Below, one piece after another: positions 1-11,748 of a stretch of 64,000 nt of DNA. The position numbers and the translations under genes are program-made. Source of the stretch: Dipteris shenzhenensis (lineage: Eukaryota); NCBI GenBank assembly GCA_047967505.1, contig CM106538.1; one strand, 5' to 3'. Each line of letters opens with the position of its first letter. The first letter of the stretch is position 1. The notes below the pieces were generated by a model that saw only the letters and a program-made list of their open reading frames with translations, searched no databases and was not told where the DNA came from.

Positions 1-1439
1 ATGGATATCCATGCACGACTGTTCACAGGTACTCGATGCTTTCAGAGCTATTTGGTGGGAGAGATGAAGTAAACTTTGATATGACCATCCACTAGCTGGT
101 CCCTTAAGGGTGAAGAAATGTCGACAGTTACTTGGACGAGCCCATCTTGCTCTATTGTGCAAGGTTTGGATGAGTCGCATACTAAATCGATAAATGTAGA
201 CCTCATTCTTTTTTTCACAAAGTCCATGAGGCAGTTGAAGAAATAGGCCTCAGGCGGTGTAGGTACACGAAGCCCATGAAGATCTGGCTATCTTGGGACA
301 CGGCTAATGAACATACGTGCTGAGCCAGTATACACCAAAGACCCGTCATCATCACCCATTGAGGCCAATGATCTTTGTTTTGTGATGGCTTAACAATAGT
401 GTATTTGGCACAGTCTGATAGCCTCTAGAGAAACCATATACGAAGCTAGAGAAGATTAGTTAGACCCTGAGGCTGTGATGCTATGAAGAAAACTCAGTCA
501 ATATTGTGATATGCAATGTAGTCTAGAAATAGTCCTTTAAAAAAGCGAGGATGGGCTACTCGTAGTGAGCATTACTGATGTTACTACATCTCTCACTATC
601 TACATACCAACGTCTGTGCATTGCATGTTTTTTTAGTATTACGCTATGTCTCTAAGAGGTAGGTGGAATATAGATGCTGGGGGGAACTAGATAATCACAC
701 GGCTTGGAGAGTATATGCAAAGCAGTCTATGTATAGGTAAATGTGTAAAAGAGACGACATGAGACAGAGTAAATTGGCCCCAGTTATGTGTATGCCTAAG
801 CTAGATCATGTGCAACTATTTCAGAGAAATAGAGGCTAAGCATAACCATAATTGATAAACATAACTCAGGGAAGGACCTGTGTGAAAAGGAAAAAGTCAG
901 AGCATTTTTACTATGGAACAAGGAGAAAAAGATAGAGAGCACATGGAGATAGCGGAGAAAATGAAAATGCTTAGTTACAGATAATGGATTAGGGGTTTGC
1001 TGGGATTCAAACATTGACACCTATGACAATAATGAGAATCGATTGATGCTTATGTGCAAATAGGATTTGTAACCAATAGCAAAAAGCAGTAAGATAGGCC
1101 ATTATATGGATACTTTTTGTATGTTTTGAGGAACTTTGGAAATTTTAGCTTAACACTAGACTATTTTTACATATTGCTTTAAACACTTTATACCTTGATG
1201 ACTAGCTCTCAAATTTTTGCTTTTCCTCATTAGACATCAAAGTACACATAGACACGCTTTCATCGGATAATTTAGAGCTTTCTAATCCCAACTTCACATT
1301 CTATGCATTATGCCAACATAGAATGGATTTTTAAAATACATCCAAGAGATAATTTGAAAGCTTTTTTAAAAATTTACTATATCAACTTTCAACACTCAAC
1401 TTTTTTTTAGCCAGATCTAAGGTCCCCTACCCATGAAGA

Positions 1440-1440
<1 letters not shown>

Positions 1441-1485
<45 letters not shown>
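1441..1485. repeat. (TG)n microsatellite
   Basis: Direct read; counterpart at about 12258-12315 in the next repeat unit. Confidence 0.95.
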
Positions 1486-1490
<5 letters not shown>

Positions 1491-1825
1491 CTAGTACCCA
1501 TAAAGAAAAAGAACTTGAGCTTTAGAGTTTTTTTTCTCAAATTATTATTAGCTAATCCCACAAAAGTAAAAAGTTTCCCTATCAAATCAAAATCTTATGC
1601 ATATATAAAAGAAATGTACACTTTGCCTAATCTTAATTCTATTATTTCCTTGGCCAATATAGACCAAAAGCTTAGGTTTCCTGTTAAGAGACTATTTATA
1701 CTATTGAATTTGAGAATTCCTAGTCAAAGAACCTTGGAGACAAGAGATAAGACCTGGTACCCATAAAAGTGCAAAAAAAATTTCTCTCTCTAAAACAAAA
1801 CCAAAAATATATAGATATTAACAAA

Positions 1826-1832
<7 letters not shown>

Positions 1833-1906
<74 letters not shown>
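1833..1906. repeat. (TC)n microsatellite
   Basis: Direct read; counterparts at about 11688-11737 and 12664-12732. Confidence 0.95.
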
Positions 1907-1909
<3 letters not shown>

Positions 1910-2219
1910 AGAAGTTTTAGAATCTATTCGAGGGGAAAATCAACATCACCAACCTGATGTGTAGGTGGTGGAGGGGTTGTCTCTGAAATGCGAATAGTTG
2001 GCTAGATTCCACTGCTTAGACTAGACTACCTACGATCAAGAAGCTAAACTATGGAGCGTTTTTAAACATATTGCTTTAAACTCTTAACACCTTTGAAAAA
2101 AATACACCTTTAAAACTTGCATATAGCCATAGCTATTGGGGTGTGTGTGTGGGTAAAGCCATATGAAAACGATGGCCACCTTTCAAATTGTTGCTTTTCC
2201 TCATTAGACATCGTAGTAC

Positions 2220-3571
2220 TATTAACTAGAAAAGAATTCAATGCATGAGGCTAGATGCTAGGCATGGCAATGCTCGAGGGCCATGGAGGAAAAGGGAACA
2301 TGAGGGAAGAAGTGCTAACATAGGTGGGGAAAAAAAGATTAAGAGGGGTGGGAATGAAGAGGGGGACTATGGCACAAGGGGGAAGGAAGAGGGGGAAGAG
2401 GAGCATGTACATGATGGGAGGTGGAATATAGAGATAGAGACATCAAGGGAAGAGAGTCATGCCTTATTGGAAAGATGGGGAGGAAATCAAAGTACTAGCT
2501 AGGAGGCTTTACAAGAATGAGCGTGTTCCATCAAAGAATAGCCTCCTCCTTTTATAGCTAAGAGAGGGGGTCTCTCCCAATAAATGCATCCTCCCACATG
2601 CATGGTGTATGTGGAAGAGTGTCCCATTTGGGCTAGGCAGTTACACACTCTCAATTATGTGTGACAACCCTTTGCCTCATTTTTCCACATATATCAACCC
2701 CCATATCCCAAGTCTAATATACTCCCTTGGTCTCTTCCCAATTTTATAATACATTCAAACATCTAGGAGGACAAGTGGAGGGTTGGCACAAGGAATCTTG
2801 CCCCTCATCCTACTTTCCCATTATTTAACTTGCATTCTTGGACTTTCTACCACCCCCCCCTGTTGAGATATCGAGCTCCACTCGCGATATGCTAGGGTGA
2901 CTATTGTGCATTTATGTCACCGACTTGTTAGCTGGAGATGCGGTTGGTACACCGCCCACGATGGATGACAGCTATCCTTATCTACTCTAGTTTGTGGCTC
3001 AGTTAGTATGCCACCTTAGTTAGTTGAGTTTGGTTTGAGACCCACATATAGGGTTCTTCTATTTTCTTTGTACTAGAGTTCTTTTGGCTTTCACAACTAA
3101 GAAGAGGAAAACTGTTTTCAGCCTCCACCTTTGTGTGTATTCCCCCAATTGTTCATGTGAGAAAGCCGCAAGTAAGACTCCTTCCCTCTCTCCCACTATC
3201 TTCACGCCCCCCACATGGGCCTACCCTACATGGAGGGAATAATCCAATATAATATCCATCTCCAACTATTTTATATTACCTCTCCCATGGTCCTTGGGCC
3301 ATATCTAACTAAATGCAGGCGTGGGACCACCTAGGTGGAGGGGTGGTGCATGGAGGACCTATGCCACCTTATCATTTTATATTATTACTACCATGGATTA
3401 TGTACAACACACCTTATGGGTCCTCTTACATGGAAGGGTGGCACATGGTCATGCCCTACTACCACCTCAACCCTGGGCCTTATGCACACCATATTTTATT
3501 ATGCTATTGCCACACATACAAGCACACACACATATTTATGCCTTTTACTTTCGTCAAATTTATCCATAACA
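2220..3571 (-). repeat. 3' LTR of element A (contains a nested 344-bp insertion)
   Basis: Direct repeat of 10318-11303; minus strand begins TGTTATGGAT and ends CTAGTTAATA. Confidence 0.92.
2861..3204. mobile_element. Probable solo LTR of an unrelated family nested in the 3' LTR of element A
   Basis: Absent from the other two LTR-A copies; TGTTGAGATA...TATCTTCA termini; inserted in a C-run (ccccc / cgccc flanks). Confidence 0.75.
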
Positions 3572-3574
3572 GTT

Positions 3575-3582
3575 CCCCCCCC
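3575..3582 (-). promoter_or_regulatory. Polypurine tract of element A
   Basis: Minus strand GGGGGGGG-AAC immediately before the TG of the 3' LTR. Confidence 0.8.
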
Positions 3583-3649
3583 AATCAAGGAATGCATAGC
3601 ATTTCCATGCCTTGGACCATCACGCACAAAGAAGGGCTTGAGACAATGC

Positions 3650-4750
3650 TTGTTGATCACCTTCTTGCCATATGGCTCATGCAGTTCCTGAACTTGTACA
3701 GACCCATTGCTACATTCCTTGATGACTTTGTATGGACCAGTCCATAGTGGCAGAAACTTCTTATCCATTTGGTGGTCCAATCTGTGATCAAAGCCTAGCA
3801 TAACATCCCCCTCAACAAAGTGTCTTTCCCATCCCTTGCGAATTATAGCATCCAAGCAGGCCTTTTGTCGATTCTTTTGGATCTCTGTTTGATGTAGTGC
3901 AAGGCGTCGGGTTTCATCTAACTTCTCAAGTTGTACCAACCTAGCCTCTACATGTTCATCTTCTGTCCTCTATTCTCGTGCCAATCTCAAGGCCGGAATC
4001 TCTATCTCTAGTGGTAAAACTACCTCAGTACCATACACCAACTCAAAAAGAGTGTGTCATGTAGACATTTTATGAGTGATGTTGTAAGCCCACACAACTT
4101 CAGTGACCTTCTGATCCCACTGGCTCCTATTCCCTGTGGCCATTTTTCCCATTGATTTACAAAGGAGGCCAATGGTCCGCTCCGTTTGTCCCATGGATGC
4201 TGGATGATAGATGCTGGATTATAGATCCATGAGCAACTCCACTACTTCATTTAAGAATGGACTCCCATGGCCAAATACTATTTCCTTGGGTGTACCAAAC
4301 CTTGTGCAGATATGTTCAAATATGAAATTTGAAACTGCCTTACCATTTGCAACGAGGAGGGCATATCTTTGGCCCACTTAATGACATACTCAGTGGCTAC
4401 CAAAAGATACTTCTTTTTGCAGGCAGTCATGGGTAGGGGCACAACAAAATCTATTCCCCACTTCTGAAACGGATGGATGGACATCATTGGGTGATGTTGC
4501 CGAGGATGCAAATCCTTCCTACCAAAGAATTGGCATGGCTCACAAGTTTTGCAATACATAGTGACATCCTTGAACAAGGTCGGCCAATAGTACCCAGCAT
4601 GTAAAATCTTCTTAGCTGTATAGTCACCGGCATAGTGTCCTCCACAAAATCCATCATGATAATGGTTCAATACCTTAGGTACTTCATTTGCATCAATGGC
4701 CTATCTTAGTACCCCATCCAGGTCTTAATGGTATAACACCCCATCAAAGA
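3650..4750 (-). pseudogene. Gypsy integrase (HHCC, rve core, GPY/F motif), disrupted
   Basis: HYHDGFCGGHYAG...CKTCEPCQ, WGIDFV, WTGPYKV in ORFs 4278-4670 and 3499-3939; no chromodomain seen. Confidence 0.92.
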
Positions 4751-4899
4751 GAGTGTAGTGCCTACTATCTCTACGGATTTTCTTTCTCTCATAGCTAGTA
4801 CTTTCTGGAGGAAAGGAGAAAGCGGTCAAAAACTTGTAGATTCCACCATACCATAGATCCCCAACTTCTATGGCCACTACAAGGATTACATCGAGGCAC

Positions 4900-5300
4900 T
4901 CCTCTAAATCAATCAAAGCATTCTTCAAGTTGGAACAACCCCCTTTTACAATTTTGAAAGAAAAATCATATTCTTGTAAAACTGCCAACCATTTGGCCAA
5001 CCGGCCCATGGGATTTGGTGATTGAAGAACTTGCTTTGCAAGACCATTGCTACAGATTATATTGAAGGACAATCCAGCAACATAATGCTTAAATTTCTCA
5101 ATGTAGAATACCAAAGACAAAGCATGCTTGTCAGCCTCTGAGTAACGTCATTTAGTTTCGAGCAATTATCGAGAAGCAAATCGAATAGGATACATGAACC
5201 GATCCTCCCCTTGCTGGAGAAGAATACCTGCTAGAGTGTGCTCACCAAACCCAAGATTGATATAGAAAGTCTTTGACCAATCAGCATTGCATAGAATGGG
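4900..5300 (-). pseudogene. Native Gypsy RNase H domain, catalytically degenerate
   Basis: WSKTFYINLGFGEHTLAGILLQ...YPIRFASR...YSEADKHALSLVFYIEKFKHY...GRLAKWLAVLQEYDF; fold motifs kept but D/E/D positions read G/H/S. Confidence 0.85.
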
Positions 5301-6300
5301 TTCTGAAGCCAGAGCACTCTTGATTTGTACAAACCCATGATCACAATCCTCATCCCAAGAGAAATCAACTCCATCTTTTAATAGCATAGTCATGCGTCGC
5401 GTCAAAGCAGCATATTGATCAATGAAGCAGCGATAGTATCCTGCTAGATTGACAAATGAGCGTACTTGACATTTGGTTGTTCACGGGGAGAGCTTGAGGA
5501 TAGTTTCTACCTTCTCGGAGTCAAGCTTGATGCCCTCAGATGAGACAATATGTCCCAGTAACCTCCCTTGAGTGGCTCCAATGGTGCATTTATCAGGGTT
5601 AAGGCTACCATTCGCATCATTAACCTTTTGGAAGGCCAACCTAACCTTCATGACGTGCTCCTTACATGTCGAGATGATACAGAAATCATCTAAAAACACC
5701 TCCAAGAAAACCCCCAAATAAGGAGCAAACACCATTTGCATAAATCTTTGAAAGGTAGCAGAAGCATTGGTTAGGCCAAATGGCATTACTTTGAATGCAA
5801 ATGTCCCCCAAGGCGTGGCAAATGTGGTTTTAAGCACATCCTCCTCAACAATTCTGATTTGATAAAACTCGAAGTAACCATCACAGAAAGTATACATCTC
5901 ACGACTACTTACCTTCTCACGAATGAGGTCTTGAAAGGGAAGAGGATGATGGTCCCTCTTGGTGGCTACATTGAGTTTCTTATAGTCGATGCAAACCCGC
6001 AACTTCTTGTTTTTTTTTGTGTTGACTACCACTGGTGAAACCCATTTAGTATTGTGAAACGAAACAGTAAGCCCAGCTCCTACAAGTTTTTGCAACTCTG
6101 AGTGCAAAGCATCAGTCTGTAGGGGCCGTAATCTTCGATACTTCTCAGCCACAGGCTTCGCATCAGGCTTCAGCTCTATCTTGTTCTTTATGGTAGTCAC
6201 ATGGCAAAGGTGTCGGTAGCTAGTTGCGAAGAGGTCAGGGATATCTTTGAACATTTTTAGGAACTCATCTTTCTCACTTGGAGTGAGGTCTGGGGAAAGC
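5300..6300 (-). pseudogene. Gypsy reverse transcriptase, disrupted
   Basis: WVSPVV...RVCIDYKKLN, TTFATPWGTFAFKVMPFGLTNA, VFLDDF in ORF 5481-6371. Confidence 0.95.
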
Positions 6301-6529
6301 ATAGATTCAAGCTGTTGAGGACTATCTGTTACCTTTTCTATAGGTGGCAGGGTCGGAGACACCCCCATCATGTAAACTTTCTCCTCCGTCTGATTCTTCC
6401 ATTAATTCAAACACCGAGGATGAGAGAGTATCACTGTCTTGCTCCTCTTCTTCTTCTAGTTCAGTGGCACCTGGTTGCACCGGGATCTTCTCCTTAAAAG
6501 CACCAAAAGACATGTGTCATGTCTTCCAA

Positions 6530-6860
6530 TAGCTGACTGCATCACTCTTTCTCAACCATGGTCTCTCAAGTATGGCTGGGTAACTCCTGCCTGTATCTTC
6601 AATGTCCACTACATAGAAATTGACGGTAGTGGTCAACCCATTGATAGTGATGGGCAAATCCTCAATGACTCCTAGGGTGGCAAGTCGTCAACCATCTACT
6701 ACCTTGATTCGAGTGGAGGAATGCCTTGTGCATTTCAAATTCAATTTCTTCATGATTCAGGGCACCATGATATTACATGCAGCTCCCCCATCAACACACA
6801 CTTTTGACACGGCAATTATCTATAATGACATCTATTGTATGTGGGTGCCGATTAATTTCT
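6530..6860 (-). pseudogene. Gypsy aspartic protease, frameshifted
   Basis: Minus-strand VDGGAACNIM near 6765-6800, located between gag and RT. Confidence 0.75.
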
Positions 6861-7269
6861 TCAGAGATAGAAGAGACCTCTCATACCTTTCCCTTTTTCT
6901 TGCTCCTCCTTACTGAGAGCCCTTGCTGCAACTCACGTCTCACCTTAGGACTTAATGCTATTAGTTGAGGGAGCGTGATGCTCAAAGACCAATGAGCAAG
7001 GTCCTGAACGACCAAATAGTCCTCTTGCCCCGAGCCGATGGGAAAATCTAAGGCTGACCAGTTACTCCTGCAAGATCTTTTAGTCTTCTCTGTTGGTGGG
7101 TCTACCATCTCAGCATCTTAGGGCTCTGAGAAGGACACCTTCTTCCTAGGGTAGCCTGATCCACAGTTTTGAGAGGGGTCCGAGGTGGTATGACTTCTTT
7201 TCCCGAGGTTAAGGATCTCTACTTTAGAATCCTCCGTGCTTCATTCACTTAGAAGATCCACCCTTGGAA

Positions 7270-8189
7270 TATTGGGACATTCCATGCAATAATGACCCTT
7301 CTAGTGGCACTCGTAGCACACAACATTGGCACGTTCTCTTGGAGGGTGATTGGCTTGATTTCTAATGCCCACCATCTCAAGCCAAAGATCATTCAGGGCC
7401 TTAGCTAGGTCATTGACTCCAGGTTCTTTAGCAGGAGGCACTGGGGGAGTAGGAAGCAGGGGGGCTCATGGGCGAGGCTGGGAAAATCTTCGAGGTGGAG
7501 GTGAGGATATACTCCTTGTTGAGGGTAAGCATCTAAGGGAGAACCATACATTTGAGGTGGAGGCTGTGGATACATCCCTGATGAGGGGTGGGGGTCTGCC
7601 CTTGAGTTAGACCCCCCAGGTTGTTGTTGCAAGAATTGAGGGCATTGCGGAGGGACAATTGTCTTCTTTAAAGCAGGATCAGACTGAAATTTATCAAACT
7701 TTTGAGCAATCTCATGTGCTAGCACCATAGTTTCTAGATTCTCCCATTTAAGCTTGAGGCGAAATTCATCACTTGTTCCTGCTACAAGGTAGCCCAGCAC
7801 ATATTGAGTCATTCCAGCTCAAATCTGGCATTGTCCTCCTGCGTGGCAATTAAACGGTCCAAGAGAACAGCCGCTCGATCCACATATCGACACGCCGTCT
7901 CACCTTCTGACTGCTTCAAGTTTGCCACCTGTAAGTACACATTCTTTGGCTCCTCTTCTTTGTCGAAATACTCAATCATCGCTGTTGTTAACCTTAGCCA
8001 GTTTTGGTGAACGTTGTCAGCATGCTTCTCATACCACACTTGAGCCAAACCCTCTAGAAATGTGGGAAGAACCAACAGCCATCTATCTTCAGTAAGAAAG
8101 TTGAGAGAAACACAACAGCGCTTGAAGGCCACAAGATACTCATTTGGATTTTCTTCAACCCATCCACAGAACACAAGAATGTCAACCAT
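7270..8189 (-). pseudogene. Gypsy gag (capsid-like region plus CCHC knuckle), frameshifted
   Basis: ENPNEYLVAF...LEGLAQVWY...LKQSEGET in ORF 7809-8189; VCYECH*KGHYCMECP at about 7275-7325. Confidence 0.88.
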
Positions 8190-8539
8190 GCTTGAAAAAT
8201 GGAAAAGAGAGAGTCAAAATGAGGCTTATCTATTGGCAAACAATAAAAAGAGGTAGCTTGAACTGAAAATCAGGTGAAGATACATCCACAAAGCACACAT
8301 AGGCAGGGTAGGGTGTGACTGGTGTATTGTGAAATACTACACGACGAGAAGAATCTTCAGCATAGAATAGCTCATATACAATCTTAAAAGGACCAACCAT
8401 CATGATATTGCATCCATCTTTACAAGCGAGTATTAGAGACATGGCACTGCATGAGGTTGTTCACCAAGGAAAACAAGAATGCCATGACAAATGTCAACAG
8501 TTGGAGAGCTTGCACATCACCTTCAGCTTCTTCCAGTTC

Positions 8540-9500
8540 TTGTAATCACCATGCTATTTCTTCAAGGGGTGTGTGCTCTGGCATCCTTCTTTTGAGCAAT
8601 GTCCTTGAGGACCTTTCTGATAATCTTCCAAAGTCGGTAAACTCGTACCAAATATGCCCAACACTTAGTTTCATGATGACCACAACGTTTGCATTCCTTA
8701 CAAATGATCACCCTTCTTCATGGCTTGCGGCTTTGTTAGGGCGGTGCTTCCACTCGCTTCATGCATGATTGAAGTACAAGCTTCACATGTGAAGAAATCA
8801 GCAACTATATTTTGAGCTCAAGGGATATGTTGAATTTTTGCCTCTTCAAGTTGATGTCGTGAAACCAAGCCTTCGCTCCACACCTTCCACCTTCCACTAA
8901 CTTGTTCACACACGAGTTGAGAATCTCCTTGCACCTCAAGTTGCTTGATGCGATGTCCTTGTGCCTTTTTTAGCCCAAAAATGAGTGCCAAGTACTTAGC
9001 TTGGTTGCAAGTCCTTGCTAGTGCAGAGTTGCTATAACAATACACCTCACCCCCTGGTGAAGTGAGCTTCACACCCACAGCAGCAGCCTTGGCCGAAGGT
9101 TTGTATGCACCATCAAATTGGAGGAGCCAAGATATAAGAATTAATAAGCAGATGCGCCAAATCTCCCCCTAAGCTTAGGGAGCATCCCACCCTTCGAAGA
9201 ATGTCACCCTTTTAATTACCTCCAATGCAGCAAGTAGCTCGATCATCGCACAATGAGTAGAATTGAAATCAAAGTCCTCTCAGTGTATCACTAGTTCTTC
9301 ACCTTGAATCATTCACAATGTATCATCCCACCCATCGTCTTCTTGAACAATGCATTGTACAATCAATTGTTGAAGATCAACATAAAGATCAAGAAAGAGA
9401 TCTCGCCAATTGGTAGCTGTAATGAGCAGAGGATCAAGCACCGAATCCTTGAACTCGTCGAGAAGTGACATAAATATCCACCCTCCTCGTGTGGTGTGCA
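8540..9500 (-). pseudogene. Accessory ORF upstream of gag: unknown N-terminal region, archaeal-type RNase H (aRH), CCHC knuckle
   Basis: WLLQFDGA (~9108-9129), CNQA(K/E)YLALIFGL, LEVQGDSQLV, NIVADF, then CKECKRCGHHETKC (~8660-8700); same order in the copy at 24760-25870. Confidence 0.85.
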
Positions 9501-10292
9501 TCCAAGGAGTAAACTTGAAAAAGTTCAGAATCTACAATCTAGTATCAGATATGAATAGAGCACATGAAATGAAGTACTTTTGCTTTTTACAACAAGAGGA
9601 AACTCCCTACGGTTAGAGAGTTACAGTTCACAAGATTTCACCATATAAGCAATATCATTACACTTTTATCACTTCCTATTTGCTGGCCCTTGGTAAGTCT
9701 TCCTTTTGTGAATGAGAAGGTCTTGGGTTCAATTCCCACTCCTTCATAAAAAGAGAGGAGAGGAGAGGAGAAGAGGATAGGGGCGCGAGATCTTTTGCAG
9801 GAGCCCAAAAAGTCGGTCCGCGACACACAGGTGTGCCAGAAGACGCAGGAACCCAGGAAAATAGTTGCGATTTGCCCACGATGTGCAAATGCACCAGAAT
9901 ACGCAGGAATTCAAAAAACAGTCGTGATTCACGATCTGTCTACGATGCGTAGATGCACTAGCTATGACTAGGGGACATGCGGGTGTTGCAGATGCACAGG
10001 AGCGATTTTGCAAGTGTGATCAACCAAAAGACGCATGGTACCACACAGAAGGCACGTAGGAACCCACATGCACAGGAACCGTGGGCTGAAGGTGTAGGAA
10101 TCCAAAAGATGCGCAGGAACCACAGGCTAGAGGCATAGAAACTGAGAAGTTCTGCAACCATAGAGTCAGAGAATTGCGAGCAGAAGATACGTGGATTGGA
10201 GGCGCAGAAGCAAAGAACCGCACACGAAAGGTACTACAGAACTACACCCAGCCGTAGGAGTAACGAATTTTACACCACTTGCCGTGGAGATT

Positions 10293-10313
10293 TCGATCCC
10301 AGTAGCCACACCA
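10293..10313 (-). promoter_or_regulatory. Primer-binding site, complementary to a tRNA-His-like 3' end
   Basis: Minus strand TGGTGTGGCTACTGGGATCGA 4 nt after the 5' LTR; plus strand ATCCCAGTAGCCACACCA resembles the recalled plant tRNA-His(GUG) 3' end ATCCCAGCAGCCACACCA. Confidence 0.75.
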
Positions 10314-10317
10314 GTTC

Positions 10318-11303
10318 TATTAACTAGAAAAGAATTCAATGCATGAGGCTAGACGCTAGGCATGGCGACGCTCGAGGCCATGGAGGAAAAGGGAACTTGA
10401 TGGAAGAAGCGCTAACATATAGGTGGGGAAAAAAAATTTGAGGGGTGGGAATGAAGAGGGGGACTATGGTACAAGGGGAAAGAAAGAGGGGGAAGAGGAG
10501 CATGTACATGATGGGAGGTGCAATGTAGAGATGGAGACATCAAGGGAAGAGAGTCATGCTTTATTGGAAAGATGGGGGGGAAATCAAAGTACTAGCTAGG
10601 AGGCTTTACAAGAATGAGCATGTTCCATCAAGGAATAGCCCCCTCCTTTTATAGCCAAGAGAGGGGATCTCTCCCAATAAATGCATCCTCCCACATGTAT
10701 GGTGTGTGTGGAAGAGTGTCCCATGTGGGCTAGGCGGTTACGTACTCTCAATTGTGTACGACAACCCTTTGCCTTATTTTTCCACATACATCAACCCCCA
10801 TATCCTAAGTCTAAGATATTCCCTTGGTCTCTTCCCAATTTTATAATACGTTCAAACATCTAAGAGGACAAGTAGAGGGTTGGCACAAGGAATCTTGCCA
10901 CCTCATCCTACTTTCCCATTATTTAACTTGCATTCTTGGACTTTCTACACCCATCCCACATGGGCCTATCCCACATGGAGGGAATAATCCAATATAATAC
11001 CTATTTTATATTACTTCTCCCATGGTCCTTGGGCCATATCTCACTAAATGCAGGCGTGGGACCACCTAGGTGGAGGGGTGGTACATGGAGGACCTATGCC
11101 ACCTTATCATTTTATATTATTGCTACCATGGATTATGTTCAACACACCTTATGGGTCCTCTTACATGGAAGGGTGGCACATGGTCATGCCCTGCCACCTT
11201 AACCCTGGGCCTTATGCACACCATATTTTATTATACTATTGCCACACATACAAGCACACACACATATTTATGCCTTTTACTTTGGTCAAATCTATCCATA
11301 ACA
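10318..11303 (-). repeat. 5' LTR of element A
   Basis: Direct repeat of 2220-3571 minus the nested insert; followed by the PBS; TATA-like CTATAAAAGG on the minus strand near 10645-10654. Confidence 0.92.
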
Positions 11304-11682
11304 ATACACATACACACACACTTTCATTAGATAATTTAGAGCTTTCTAATCCCAACTTCACATGTTGTGATAGGCCTTGGAAATAAATTGCTACAACTTT
11401 AAATGATCCACCTTGAGCTAATTATGAGATCCAAGCATCCATAAAATTATCAAACATTAGAACTTGGACAAAGATATCAAATATTAAATTGATCTCTTTG
11501 TCTCTCTTGAATGCACACACACACACACATTGAGAGAGAAAAGAGAGTGAATTAAAGCATGCTTTTGGGCCTTCTATTATATGCTAGCATAATGCACAGT
11601 GCCCAGAAGTTTAGTTGATGCACGCCTATTAGTGCATGCATAAAATTATCAAACATTAGAAGTTGGACAAATATATTAAATA

Positions 11683-11748
<66 letters not shown>

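Larger units (their letters stand above)
1160..2219. repeat. Left part of a complex modular tandem repeat containing (TG)n and (TC)n tracts; split by the Gypsy insertion
   Basis: 1257-2219 is near-identical to 12076-13040 (e.g. GAGCTTTCTAATCCCAACTTC, CACCAACCTGATGTGTAGGTGGTGGAGGG); the sequence resumes after the Gypsy element at 11304. Confidence 0.85.
2220..11303 (-). mobile_element. Full-length, decayed Ty3/Gypsy LTR retrotransposon (element A; non-chromovirus, Athila/Tat-like)
   Basis: Two ~985-bp direct LTRs, PBS, PPT, and domain order gag-PR-RT-RH-INT on the minus strand with many stops and frameshifts; flanks rejoin into the tandem repeat (possible TSD gtac/atac). Confidence 0.95.

Noticed and set aside
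3313-3747. Recurrent His/Tyr-rich ORFs (also 11048-11386, 14169-14459) and the MCVCVCV ORFs
   Set aside because: Recurrence only reflects LTR or tandem-repeat copies and microsatellites; no protein motif.
10250-10313. A tRNA-His gene
   Set aside because: The anticodon and T-arm segments are missing, CCA is encoded, and it abuts an LTR; this is a PBS region, not a cloverleaf.
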